IMG/VR virus record: IMGVR_UViG_3300032087_000658
Coordinates: 1 to 53,415 of that record
Reading direction: 5' to 3' (one strand)
DNA length: 53,415 nucleotides
DNA from: a virus
Lineage: Duplodnaviria > Caudoviricetes
The number at the start of each line of letters is the position of its first letter. The stretch's first letter is position 1. A model generated the notes under the pieces. That model worked only from the letters and a program-made list of their open reading frames with translations. It made no database searches and had not been told where the DNA came from. Of the stretch, positions 35,908-45,864 are shown one piece after another. The position numbers and the translations under genes were made by a program.

Positions 35908-38900
35908 TATATTTCTGAAAATTTGTAAAAACCTAGTTGTACATTGCTCAATTGTCTATTGTTACCATCGCCTTGTGCTAAAATATAAACACTTAAAGTT
36001 CTACTTGTACCACTTATTTTTCTAATCATAAAATCTTTTTGCACCATTTTATAAGTTGAGTCAAATCTATCTACACCTGACCATGTTTGTGCTTGACCTG
36101 AATTATACTGAGCATAACCCTGATTTGCTATTGGTAAATTTAATGCAAATAACTGGTCTACACCATATGCAAAATCATCTCTTAATTCAAAACTAAAACC
36201 TGTTCCATAAGTACCATCACCTGCAACAATAGATAGAGTTTTAACCTGTCCACTTCCTCCAAAAACTCTGCAAAAAATATGATATATACCTGTAGCTGTT
36301 CCAATATCTGCAACTTTTTTCAAACGCATTGTATTGCTCTGCCAAGAACCTATAGTAGAACCTGAAACTGTTTGTGCATCAAAATCAAGAGCTAAATCAG
36401 TAACATTAATTCTATCAGCAGTAATAGTGTTTGAAGCAATTTGTGTAGCTGTTATTGTGCCTGTGGCTATTTCTGTAGCTGTTACCTGTCCAGCAGCAAT
36501 TTTTGCTGTAGTTATTGCATCAGCATTGATTTTATCAGTAGTAATAGCATTAGATATAATTTTATCAGCAGTAATTGCGTTAGAAGCTATTTCTGTAGCA
36601 GTAATTGTTCCTGCTGTAATTTTAGCAGCAGTAACAGCATTGGCAGCAAGTTCATCAGTAGCAATTGCACCAGCAGCAATATTTGAAGCTGTGATTGTAT
36701 CTGTAGCTATTTGTGTTGAAGTGATAGTACCAGCAGCGATCTCACTAGCTGTTATTTGATTTGCTGCAATTTTTGCAGTGGTAATAGCATTAGCAGCAAT
36801 CTTATCTGTAGTAATAGCATCAGCAATAATCTTATTAGCTGTAACTGCATTTGTGGCTATGGTATCGGCAGTTATTGCACCTGCATTAATCTTTGCAGTC
36901 GTAATAGCGTTAGCAATAATTTTATCTGATGTGATTGCATTTGTTTGAATGTTATCAGCAACAATTGCGTTTGCAGCAACTTTATCAGCAGTCACAGCAT
37001 CAGCTGCTATTTTTACAGCAGTAATGGCGTTACTTGCAATAGTGTCAGCTGTAACAGCACCTGCGTTTATTTTTGCAGTCGTAATTGCATTTGCAGTTAT
37101 CTTTGCGGTTGTTATTGCATTATCACTTATTTTTGTACTAGTTATAGCATTAGCTGCAAGATTTGCAGTCTGAACAGCATTATCTGCAAGTTTTGCGTTT
37201 GTGACTGCATCTGTACCTAGTTTTGTATTTGTAATAGCACCTGTGGCAATTTTTGCTTCACTTATAGCATTTGCAACTATCTGTGCTGTATTTACTGCGT
37301 TATCAGCTATTTTGGCATTGGTAACAGCATCAACACCCAATTTTGCTTCTACGATAGCACCAGCAGCAATAACATCACCTTGTATAGCATCTACTGCTAT
37401 TTTTGCATTAGTAACTGCTTCAGATGCTAGTTTTACAGTTGTAATTGCACCATCTACTATTTCTCCTGCATCTACGTTTGTAAAACTACCTGTAGCTACA
37501 GAAGTAAATGCTGAATGTACGTCTGAATGATTTACAGACCTTGCCCAAAAATAATACGTTGTACCAGCAGTTAAACCATCTTGTGTTCCAAACAAAGTAC
37601 TAGTCTTTTTACCATTTTGCCCATAAATCGTTTCTACTAAATAAGTGTCATCTGTTGGTGTTGTATTTGATGTTCTTCTATAAATCTTAGTTGCCTTGAG
37701 ATCAGCACTAGTTGAATTTATCCAAGATACAACTATGTTAAATGCTTGTCCTGTTGATGCAGTTAAACTTGTTGGTACTGCTGGTGCATCTGTTGGTGCT
37801 GCTATTGTTATATTAACAACACTGGTATAAGCACTAGCTACACCATTTACGTCAATATGTCGTGCTTTTACGTTATAAGTTTTTCCAACTACAACATTAG
37901 GGAGAAGGGCTACAGCAACACCTTTTCCTACAGTAAAGTCAGATGTATATGCACCATCTGTACTTAGCTTATACGCCACCTCTGTAAGTGTGACCTTATC
38001 GCTAGAGTTGTTTGTCCACGTAGCTTTTATATCTACTTTGGTTGTAACACCATCTTTGTTTGTTTGTTGTGCTAGTGCTAAGTTTGATGGTGCTGTTACT
38101 GCATATGTACCAGTACCGACATCACTACCTTCTGATTGACCAGTTGTATAATCACTTGTAGCAAAATTAAATACACTAGATGCGACTTCTTTTAGTTCCA
38201 ACTGTGTAGCCATAACAGGAATATCACCATCTGTTATAACTTGCATATTAGTGGATATTACTTCAAAGACTTTTTGACTGTAACCCATTCTTTCGTTGGT
38301 TAAATATACCCAATCGTTAGGTTGTAGTCGCATATATTTTAAAGTTACTAAACAAGATATTGATGTGGTCTGTCTTTGACTTTTTAATGCTATTCTGCCT
38401 AATCTTTGTGCCATTGTATCTGTAACTGTAAATGGCAATTGTGATTCCATTTGTTTTACATAATTAGCAGTAGATTCGCCACTAGGTGTATCTGCATTAA
38501 GCATTGTAGTATCTTGGTGAACTTCAGCATCAGCTGCTACATATCCTTGTGTAGAGTCAACATATAAAGGTTTAACACTATTGAATAAATTACCTGAACT
38601 TGGGTTTGTTTGTATTTGTACATCATTTAATAAATCATCATCAGTAATAATTAATGATGGTGTTTGTGATGCACCTGCAAAAACATTAAATTTACCATTT
38701 ACATAAGAAACTTTACCTGCCATAGAACTAAGTATTGATTCTATAATTCCATTACCATTTGCACTAAAGTTAGTAAATCCGTTTGACGTGTATCTTTTTT
38801 CTGTTGTAGAACCATCTGCTAAAGTTACATTTTGTTCACAGATATTAGCAGCACTTGCAAAACCACCTGCATTTGTTGTGTCATTAATCTCATCATTAGT

Positions 38901-39677
38901 AGCTTTAATACCATATTGAGTGTTTGTTAAATAGTCTCTAATTTGTAAAGCTGGATTATCTGTCCAAACAGTTGTGTTAGTTCTTGGGTCATAACACTTT
39001 TTACCTTTTACTAAAAATGATATTGCTGGTATTCCACCACCAAATTTTTCAGCATCAAAAACCATTTGAATATATACGTATGCAACATCTTGAAACTTAT
39101 CTGATGTACCCATTGAACTTAATTGTGCATTCATAAAACCATCAACAGCAGTTTGACTACCATCTTTGTATGAATAACGCATTAATCTACCACTACCAAA
39201 ATTATTATCGTTTTCAGTATTTGTATATTCTGAATTTGTTACTGTGTAAACAGTAGAACCACTTATAGTGCTGGTGCTAGTACTCAAATCTATATCATTA
39301 ACACGAACAGATGTGAGTTCTTCTATTTCGTGTCCTGCAATTGCAACAACAAGATGCAATAAATAGTTGTCATTTCCAGTAGTTTCCATGTGGACTATTG
39401 TTCCACCTACACGACATTTACCATATATTATTTGTCGTGGTGCTACAGCTTCCCTTGTTGCAAACTTACTACCAAAATTACCAGCTGAAGCATCAATACC
39501 TTTTGATGTCATCTTGCCAATAACACCACCAATTAAGGTTGTTGCAAAAGTAAATGCTGCTGCTGCTGCTGCACCACTTAAACCAAAAGCAGTGTATGCT
39601 ATATCAATACGACCTGTAGTTACTACTATAAATACTACAAGTGCTGCAATGACTGCTTGTTTAATCTGTTTAGCCAT
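35907..39677 (-). CDS. Central tail tip / host-specificity protein (gpJ-like) with FN3 domains and a decapeptide repeat stalk
   Basis: RQIIYGKCRVGG, VKGKKCYDPR, WTDNPAL..RDYL motifs; FN3 (TTYYFWARSV); AITTAKIAAN repeats. Confidence 0.9.
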   Translation of the reverse strand: MAKQIKQAVIAALVVFIVVTTGRIDIAYTAFGLSGAAAAAAFTFATTLIGGVIGKMTSKGIDASAGNFGSKFATREAVAPRQIIYGKCRVGGTIVHMETTGNDNYLLHLVVAIAGHEIEELTSVRVNDIDLSTSTSTISGSTVYTVTNSEYTNTENDNNFGSGRLMRYSYKDGSQTAVDGFMNAQLSSMGTSDKFQDVAYVYIQMVFDAEKFGGGIPAISFLVKGKKCYDPRTNTTVWTDNPALQIRDYLTNTQYGIKATNDEINDTTNAGGFASAANICEQNVTLADGSTTEKRYTSNGFTNFSANGNGIIESILSSMAGKVSYVNGKFNVFAGASQTPSLIITDDDLLNDVQIQTNPSSGNLFNSVKPLYVDSTQGYVAADAEVHQDTTMLNADTPSGESTANYVKQMESQLPFTVTDTMAQRLGRIALKSQRQTTSISCLVTLKYMRLQPNDWVYLTNERMGYSQKVFEVISTNMQVITDGDIPVMATQLELKEVASSVFNFATSDYTTGQSEGSDVGTGTYAVTAPSNLALAQQTNKDGVTTKVDIKATWTNNSSDKVTLTEVAYKLSTDGAYTSDFTVGKGVAVALLPNVVVGKTYNVKARHIDVNGVASAYTSVVNITIAAPTDAPAVPTSLTASTGQAFNIVVSWINSTSADLKATKIYRRTSNTTPTDDTYLVETIYGQNGKKTSTLFGTQDGLTAGTTYYFWARSVNHSDVHSAFTSVATGSFTNVDAGEIVDGAITTVKLASEAVTNAKIAVDAIQGDVIAAGAIVEAKLGVDAVTNAKIADNAVNTAQIVANAISEAKIATGAITNTKLGTDAVTNAKLADNAVQTANLAANAITSTKISDNAITTAKITANAITTAKINAGAVTADTIASNAITAVKIAADAVTADKVAANAIVADNIQTNAITSDKIIANAITTAKINAGAITADTIATNAVTANKIIADAITTDKIAANAITTAKIAANQITASEIAAGTITSTQIATDTITASNIAAGAIATDELAANAVTAAKITAGTITATEIASNAITADKIISNAITTDKINADAITTAKIAAGQVTATEIATGTITATQIASNTITADRINVTDLALDFDAQTVSGSTIGSWQSNTMRLKKVADIGTATGIYHIFCRVFGGSGQVKTLSIVAGDGTYGTGFSFELRDDFAYGVDQLFALNLPIANQGYAQYNSGQAQTWSGVDRFDSTYKMVQKDFMIRKISGTSRTLSVYILAQGDGNNRQLSNVQLGFYKFSEI

Positions 39678-40086
39678 CTATACGCCACACCTTAAGAATA
39701 TTTACATTATTCTTAACACCAATACAATCATCTGTTGGTGTAAGAACACTTAAGCCATCTGATATACCTACTAATTCTGTTTCTTCTTTATATACAACTA
39801 AATCACCTTTGCTTACGAAGGCTTTTTCTATTTCTTTAACACCCTTTGCTTTACAAGCCTTTTCAATGCTTTTTAGTAAAGTTTTGTTATATGTTTTTAT
39901 AGCCTTCATAGCACTATCTTCATCATTCCATTTAAGTGTTTTAGGTATTAAATCTTCACCAGTAATTTCTTTAATAACAGCATTAGAAAATTTACAACAA
40001 TCCCATGAACCCCATTTAAAAGGTTTATTTTTATTTTTTTCAATAAATGCATTGAATTTAATTTCCCAATCAACAATCTTTTTCAT
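39670..40086 (-). CDS. NlpC/P60-like tail tip protein
   Basis: PFKWGSWDCC...ITGED...GDLV; position between hub and tip genes. Confidence 0.8.
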   Translation of the reverse strand: MKKIVDWEIKFNAFIEKNKNKPFKWGSWDCCKFSNAVIKEITGEDLIPKTLKWNDEDSAMKAIKTYNKTLLKSIEKACKAKGVKEIEKAFVSKGDLVVYKEETELVGISDGLSVLTPTDDCIGVKNNVNILKVWRIDG

Positions 40087-40721
40087 TTTTCTATATTATT
40101 CTTAGCCATTTGTCTTGCCTTAAAATTATTAGAACCACTGCCACTTGGTTTATCAGATTGTTTACCCCATACAATTTCTTTATCTTGCAAAGAAGCAACT
40201 CTGTTAAAACCAGTATCACCATTATGTAAAAAGTTTTGTGATTCTTTTGTGTATCTAAAGTTAGATGGTCTATCTAAATCAATTAATCTATTTTCTGCAC
40301 TTATAGTTATATTAGAACCTTGTGGACTGTCTGTAACAGATAATGATGTCATTCTACCTTTAAATAAAACAAGAGTTCCTGCAACTTCGTTTGTTTTACC
40401 CATAAGATAACCAAGAAATAAAGTTATAAATCTATTTTGATAGTTTTCTGTTAAAGCAAGATTTAAAACAGTTGTGTCCATTCCTGAAATACCAACTGTC
40501 AATCCTGATGATTTTAAGTCAGTGCTTTCTTCAACATTACTTATTGATAATAATTCACCAGCACCAGTGTAACTTTCGCTATTTATAGTTAAGTCATCAA
40601 TTCCTGTCCATAATCTAACTGTGTCTGTGTCAAATTCTGCCTTTATGGCTAAGAACATTGTTTGTTCGTCTGCACCTAGACGATTTACGATAGAACTATC
40701 TAATCCTTGTCTAGTTGCCAT
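40083..40721 (-). CDS. Minor tail / baseplate hub protein
   Basis: LWTG, YTGAGELL, LFKGRM, RYTKESQ...GDTGF...IVWG motifs; synteny. Confidence 0.8.
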   Translation of the reverse strand: MATRQGLDSSIVNRLGADEQTMFLAIKAEFDTDTVRLWTGIDDLTINSESYTGAGELLSISNVEESTDLKSSGLTVGISGMDTTVLNLALTENYQNRFITLFLGYLMGKTNEVAGTLVLFKGRMTSLSVTDSPQGSNITISAENRLIDLDRPSNFRYTKESQNFLHNGDTGFNRVASLQDKEIVWGKQSDKPSGSGSNNFKARQMAKNNIEK

Positions 40722-40722
40722 A

Positions 40723-41595
40723 TTAAATTACCTCAACACATGAAAAACTTATACCATAGTTAGAAATTCTATCTGCTGACCAACTTACTTCATTACTAAT
40801 TAATCTAAAGTTGCCTTTAGGATTTGTAAAAACTACATAATGCCCACTAGCTAAATCAGACCTAAGTTTTGGCTCTGTTTTAACAGAATAAAAATCATTA
40901 CCTGCATCACTAGTTGCAGTTGCATCTTCTACTACCATAACTAATTGTGTTGGTGTTCCTGAAGAACTAGCTGCTGATTGTATACTTAGATAGTCTCCTT
41001 TCTTTATAGTGCCACTCGCACCTGTTGTAGAAGCTCTAAGGCATAAACCTGTAGCACCCTTTACATTAGTTCTAACCTTACAACTTGCAGTATTACTTTC
41101 AGTAGTAAAATTACCATCTGTTACTATCACTGTATTACTTGTTACTGTAGTTACTTTAAAAGTTCCATTGTTTTCTTCATTTGTTGCACCAGTAATAACT
41201 ATAAAATCTCCTACCTTAGTATTTGCAAAAGTTGATGCACTTGCTGTTAATGTGCCATTAGATGCAAATGATAAAGTTACATTAGTGTTATTAGTTCTTA
41301 GTTCACTAGTAAGGTGTGCGGTTGAATAAGTACCTTGATTAGATAAAGCATCAGGGTCAGCAAATTTAAAAGTATTTACTGGTCCGTTGAGATCAAGTAA
41401 AAAAGACTGCCAGTTTGATGCCACATCTCTACGCATGGGTGGTAAAGAAACTTCAGCAGTCCAATAAACCCCATCAAATTCTTGTGTTTTTGTTTTACCT
41501 GTAAAAGGGGATACAGTTGTTCCTACAGTTCTAACTAGTGAAAAATTACTTCTAACAAAGTTAGGAGTTGTAGGCATTGTTATTAATTTAGCCAC
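40723..41595 (-). CDS. Distal tail protein (Dit-like) with internal insertion
   Basis: Follows TMP; SPFTG, WTAEVSLPPM, FLLDLNG, EPKLR, NPKGNFRL; start re-called at GTG 41595. Confidence 0.75.
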   Translation of the reverse strand: MAKLITMPTTPNFVRSNFSLVRTVGTTVSPFTGKTKTQEFDGVYWTAEVSLPPMRRDVASNWQSFLLDLNGPVNTFKFADPDALSNQGTYSTAHLTSELRTNNTNVTLSFASNGTLTASASTFANTKVGDFIVITGATNEENNGTFKVTTVTSNTVIVTDGNFTTESNTASCKVRTNVKGATGLCLRASTTGASGTIKKGDYLSIQSAASSSGTPTQLVMVVEDATATSDAGNDFYSVKTEPKLRSDLASGHYVVFTNPKGNFRLISNEVSWSADRISNYGISFSCVEVI

Positions 41596-43474
41596 CTTGT
41601 AACATTCTCCTATAATTTCCACCACGCATTGCAGCTTCAGCAACAGCACCTTTTGTTACATCTGCAATCTGTGGCATCATTTTCATAACTTCTGCTCTAA
41701 CTGTTGGTACAACACCAGTAGCAAAATTAATTGATTGGTTTATAACAGTAGTACCACCACCGCCCAAAGCGTTTTTGCTATTCATGTTGTTCATTATGTT
41801 TCCATTACTATGTGGAACAAAAATTTCAGGACCACGTTCACCAACTAACATAGGTTCACCGCCATAAGCCGAACCACCACCAGCTGATTTTCTTAATGTA
41901 GGCAAAGCATCACTTGTACCTGTTAAACCAAATACTGAATTAAGAATTTCATTTACTACCGCCATCTGTAAAAATGTAGATATTATTTGACTAACAATAT
42001 TTTTTGCAAAGTTTTTAAAACTTTCTAAAGCATTTTCACCTGCCATTAATGAATTTACAAAATCTGTTGTAAAAGCATTTGATGCATTAATTATTGTTTG
42101 CTGCATTTCATCTGAAAAAGTAATAGTTTCTTCTAATTCACCTTTAAGTTTTTCTAAGTGTGTTACAACAGCTTGTAGTTCACTTTCATCTGTTATACCC
42201 AAGAAAGCCATAATACCTTTCTTGTCTTTTGCATCAGGTGTATTTATTAAACCATTTATATAATCTATTTGGTCTTGAAGTTTTTGTTGTTCAGGTATTG
42301 TGTCTTCTAATAATTTTTTAAATGTTGATTGAAAATCTATTAATCCTTCAATGTTACCTGCTTCAAATTTTGTAGTTTTAACTGTTTTCTTTTTCGTTTC
42401 TTCAATGCTTTGTAATATTTCTAATCTTAATGTTTCTTTATTTGTTATATCTTGTTGCAACTTTAATAAGTCGCTCATATGTGATAAAGCCAATTGTTCT
42501 TTAAATGGCGGATTTGCTGCCATGAATTTTGCACGTTCTTTATCTGCATCAATTTGGGCTTTTAACAAATCAGCCTGTTTCTGTGGGTCTGTTTCCGTAA
42601 TCCCAACATCTGCAACAGTAATATCACCTCTCAATCTTCTAACTGTTTTACCTATAGCGTTTGCCATATCAGTTAGTCTATCAGCCATATTTTTAAGAAA
42701 ATCACCTAAACCACTTTTAAATACCTCATCTCCTAACTGTTTAAAAGCAATAACCATGTTAGATGTTTTTGTACTAAGGTTATCCATTTTAGATTCCATA
42801 GCACCACCAAACTTTTCATTCAGACCTTCTGTTAAGGCTTTTACCATTTCAGCAGCACCTTCAGCAGTTTTACCAAATTTAGCTATATCATCTTTTGTAA
42901 GGTTTAATTTATCACCAAGAATACCAAGAACATCTATACCTCTATCGGAGATCATGTTTAATTCTTCTAGACCCATGCCACCTGAAGCTGACCTTTGTAC
43001 CATTCTTATAAGTGCTTCAAATGTTCCTAATTGGTCTACAGATACAGATGCAGTATCAGCAAAAGTCTGTAACATATCCATACTTGGTTCAATACCTGCT
43101 GATTTAAGTGCAATAAATGCTTTTGTTGCATCTTCTATTTGGAATGGCGTTGTTTGTGCAAAAGTAAATACTTTTTGCATAGCTGCATCACCAGCTTCCA
43201 TGCTACCAAATACTTGGTCTAAAGAATCTTTTAAATCTTCAAATTGTGCTCCAACACCTGCTATAGCTTTCATTGGTAAAACTATTGCTGCAATACCTGC
43301 TGCTGCTGCTAATGCTGGTCCTTTAATTTTTGTAAGACTAGCACCCATAGTACCAAAAGCTGCACCACCTGCTGCACCAGTTACTTTGATTTTTCCTTGT
43401 ATTTGTTTTAAATCTTTTTGTAACTGTTTTGTATCAGCTTTGATTTGAATTATTAAATCATCTATCTTAGCCAT
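41588..43474 (-). CDS. Tape measure protein
   Basis: Helical, Ala/Gln/Lys-rich; FAQTTPF; C-terminal LVGERGPEIFVP. Confidence 0.93.
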   Translation of the reverse strand: MAKIDDLIIQIKADTKQLQKDLKQIQGKIKVTGAAGGAAFGTMGASLTKIKGPALAAAAGIAAIVLPMKAIAGVGAQFEDLKDSLDQVFGSMEAGDAAMQKVFTFAQTTPFQIEDATKAFIALKSAGIEPSMDMLQTFADTASVSVDQLGTFEALIRMVQRSASGGMGLEELNMISDRGIDVLGILGDKLNLTKDDIAKFGKTAEGAAEMVKALTEGLNEKFGGAMESKMDNLSTKTSNMVIAFKQLGDEVFKSGLGDFLKNMADRLTDMANAIGKTVRRLRGDITVADVGITETDPQKQADLLKAQIDADKERAKFMAANPPFKEQLALSHMSDLLKLQQDITNKETLRLEILQSIEETKKKTVKTTKFEAGNIEGLIDFQSTFKKLLEDTIPEQQKLQDQIDYINGLINTPDAKDKKGIMAFLGITDESELQAVVTHLEKLKGELEETITFSDEMQQTIINASNAFTTDFVNSLMAGENALESFKNFAKNIVSQIISTFLQMAVVNEILNSVFGLTGTSDALPTLRKSAGGGSAYGGEPMLVGERGPEIFVPHSNGNIMNNMNSKNALGGGGTTVINQSINFATGVVPTVRAEVMKMMPQIADVTKGAVAEAAMRGGNYRRMLQGG

Positions 43475-43679
43475 CAGGATATAACTCCATCATTTCTTCT
43501 AGTCTATCACTAGTCATAGGTTCTTCTTTTTCTTCACCACTTGCATGGAAAGTTTTAAAACCTGATATTGCTAAATACATCTCTCTAGGAGAAAGATTCC
43601 AAAAATCACTAGGTCGCATATTCATCATACCAATACAAATTTTTACATAATCTGCCCAGTTGATGTTTACTGGATTCAT
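43467..43679 (-). CDS. Tail assembly chaperone, gpT-like part
   Basis: PSDFWNLSPRE...LEEMMELYPD; directly before TMP. Confidence 0.85.
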   Translation of the reverse strand: MNPVNINWADYVKICIGMMNMRPSDFWNLSPREMYLAISGFKTFHASGEEKEEPMTSDRLEEMMELYPDG

Positions 43680-44023
43680 GCTACTTGTTCTTTTTTTTTA
43701 TCTTCCTCGTCTGAGTCGTTATCAGTTAATGTTGCAGCTAAGAGTTTAGCTACTTCGGTTGATGCTACCACAATTCCTACACTAGATATGATCTCACCTA
43801 TTTTTTTATCGTCAAAATCGTTGCCACCACCTCTAAGTGCATGACGTAATACAACGAGTAGTGTACGAATACGCACTTTAGCTTCAGCAATGGCAGTAGC
43901 TAACTCTAAAATGCCTTTATCTAATTCGTCTTCTATTCTTACTAATGCATCTATTGTTAATCTGCATTTATAAGTTTCTTTACCTAACGTAAGTGGTATT
44001 TCACCCTTCAGTGGATTCGCCAT
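43676..44023 (-). CDS. Tail assembly chaperone, gpG-like
   Basis: MANPLKGE...LTIDALVRIE; start re-called at 44023; A9 run near the 3' end. Confidence 0.85.
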   Translation of the reverse strand: MANPLKGEIPLTLGKETYKCRLTIDALVRIEDELDKGILELATAIAEAKVRIRTLLVVLRHALRGGGNDFDDKKIGEIISSVGIVVASTEVAKLLAATLTDNDSDEEDKKKEQVA

Positions 44024-44237
44024 CTGACTTTTCTCCTTTTGGTTGACTTGCCTTTGCAAGTTTTACTTTTAAAATATTATCTCTTGTATCAATGACTGAT
44101 GACATAACTTGCATAATTTTGCCATTAACTTTAATAGTATCTTTGATATCGCATACTGGTATGTCTAATTGTTCTCCATCAAACATACCATGAATATCTT
44201 GGTTGTTAATTCTAAGTACTACTTTTTCCCAAGCCAT
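44001..44237 (-). CDS. Hypothetical tail-region protein
   Basis: AGGAG SD; between major tail and chaperone genes. Confidence 0.65.
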   Translation of the reverse strand: MAWEKVVLRINNQDIHGMFDGEQLDIPVCDIKDTIKVNGKIMQVMSSVIDTRDNILKVKLAKASQPKGEKSDGESTEG

Positions 44238-44247
44238 AAGTTACTCC

Positions 44248-44688
44248 TTATGCTGCTGCGAATGTTATATATCCTGCTGATTCAAAAGACATTGAATATG
44301 TTGCTTCACCATTATATTCACCAGCATACTCTAATGAAGTGATTTGAAAAGCACCAGTATAAGTACCTAAGTTTGGTATTATAAATTCAAATGATTCAAA
44401 TGCTGCTGTTTGTGCTGATGAGCCATCTGAAGTATTTTGCTGTGCTGCAAAAGCAGTTCTAACTGCAACTTCTGCTGCTGAATCTGTAAATACTCCTGAA
44501 CCACTAACAGATAAACTGTTTACACCTGCACCTGCTAATAAAGTTCTAGTACCAAGACTATCTTTATTAGTAATGTCTACTGATTCGTCATTAAGTGTGA
44601 TTGATGTAGACCTTAAACCACCAATAGTAGTTTTAGTTCCACTGATGTCAATTTTCATTAAGACATCTAACCCTTTTTGTGCTGCCAT
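44248..44688 (-). CDS. Major tail tube protein (TP901-1-like family)
   Basis: MAAQKG, GGLRS, VDITNKDS, GAFQITSLEYAG, FESAG motifs. Confidence 0.93.
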   Translation of the reverse strand: MAAQKGLDVLMKIDISGTKTTIGGLRSTSITLNDESVDITNKDSLGTRTLLAGAGVNSLSVSGSGVFTDSAAEVAVRTAFAAQQNTSDGSSAQTAAFESFEFIIPNLGTYTGAFQITSLEYAGEYNGEATYSMSFESAGYITFAAA

Positions 44689-44705
44689 TTTTTTCTCCTA
44701 TAAAA

Positions 44706-45110
44706 TTAGTTTGTTCCTAATATTATTGCACGAAATCGCATGACTCCATGTCTAGTGACACCATCTGGGTCTCTCATTATATCACTGTATTCAAATCTAA
44801 GATTAATTAGATTAAATCCAGTAACAGTTAAGTTTATATCATGCAATAAATCGTGTATCTTGTCCATTATTTGTTTGGTTTCTTTAGAACCTTTATATTG
44901 TGACCAAATGTGTATGTTGATTGTGTATTCCCCACCATCTAAGTCTTTTGTTCCATAATCAATAGCAGTTTCTTCTCCAAGTGTAATGAAAGGGTACGTA
45001 TTACCTTCTATAACTTCGTCATATACACCACAAGATAGTGTAGATGTGATAGCACTTACATTAAGAGCAGAATACACAGCACTTTGTAATTGAAATTGTC
45101 CTATGCTCAT
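44706..45110 (-). CDS. Tail terminator (DUF3168 family)
   Basis: LQSAVYSAL, VYD, YPFITLGE, IHIWS, HGVMRFRA. Confidence 0.9.
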   Translation of the reverse strand: MSIGQFQLQSAVYSALNVSAITSTLSCGVYDEVIEGNTYPFITLGEETAIDYGTKDLDGGEYTINIHIWSQYKGSKETKQIMDKIHDLLHDINLTVTGFNLINLRFEYSDIMRDPDGVTRHGVMRFRAIILGTN

Positions 45111-45538
45111 TTCAATACACCTTTTTTAAACATACGCTCTATTTTTCTTCTATTTTTTTCTAATGCTGGTTGCATGAATGGTCTTTCAGTCATTTGTGTT
45201 GTACCAAACTCTAGTGCCTTAGAATATGGTGCTGCTGATATTATTTGCCCAATAACAGTACCATTTGCTTTTACATCTACATTCATAGTTATTTGACTTA
45301 CTAAAAATCCTGTGTCACTTGCAGGTGGTTGATTAGGTGCTGATGCTCTATGACTTCTTCTTGGTTCATATTTTTGATATAACTTTCCAGTACCACCTTT
45401 CATAATGCTTTCTTTTGCAGTGTTTTGTACCATCATAGTTCCACGAGTTACATATTCTTTGACTTTGTTATCCTGCAATTTTTTATTTAATTTTTTATTA
45501 AATTCTTTTAAATTTGTTATCTTGAGATCAACACTCAT
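45107..45538 (-). CDS. HK97 gp10-like neck protein
   Basis: ASAPNQPPASDTG, LEFGT, RPFMQPA. Confidence 0.9.
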   Translation of the reverse strand: MSVDLKITNLKEFNKKLNKKLQDNKVKEYVTRGTMMVQNTAKESIMKGGTGKLYQKYEPRRSHRASAPNQPPASDTGFLVSQITMNVDVKANGTVIGQIISAAPYSKALEFGTTQMTERPFMQPALEKNRRKIERMFKKGVLK

Positions 45539-45864
45539 ATTGCCACACCTTCTTCGCATAACAATTTAAGAAATCTATCTCTTTCATCTACATTAACAAT
45601 GCCTTTGATATTAAAATTACGACTGCCATAAGTTACCCTACTGTTAGTAGATATATTCTTCATATAACGAATTGTAACCTCGTGTGTGACCTTTTCTTGG
45701 ACTATCCCTTGCCTGTATATACTATTGGCATTCATAGGCTTTATATTGGCGTAGATAAATGTAACTGGTGAATAGGATTGTGATAGACCACCACCAGCAT
45801 CACGAGTATTAGTAGCATTTTCTACTTTAACTCTATATCGCATTTTGCCAATAGAGTTAGACAT
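45535..45864 (-). CDS. Head closure protein (SPP1 gp16-like)
   Basis: IGKMRYRV, DAGGG, THEVTIRY, LLCEE. Confidence 0.9.
   Translation of the reverse strand: MSNSIGKMRYRVKVENATNTRDAGGGLSQSYSPVTFIYANIKPMNANSIYRQGIVQEKVTHEVTIRYMKNISTNSRVTYGSRNFNIKGIVNVDERDRFLKLLCEEGVAI

Noticed and set aside
36334-37530. Cys-rich and Ala-rich repetitive plus-strand ORFs; possible CRISPR-like periodicity
   Set aside because: The 30-nt periodicity comes from the decapeptide repeat; no identical repeats with unique spacers
42351-43448. 365-aa plus-strand ORF
   Set aside because: Antisense shadow of the tape measure gene; no SD or recognisable motifs
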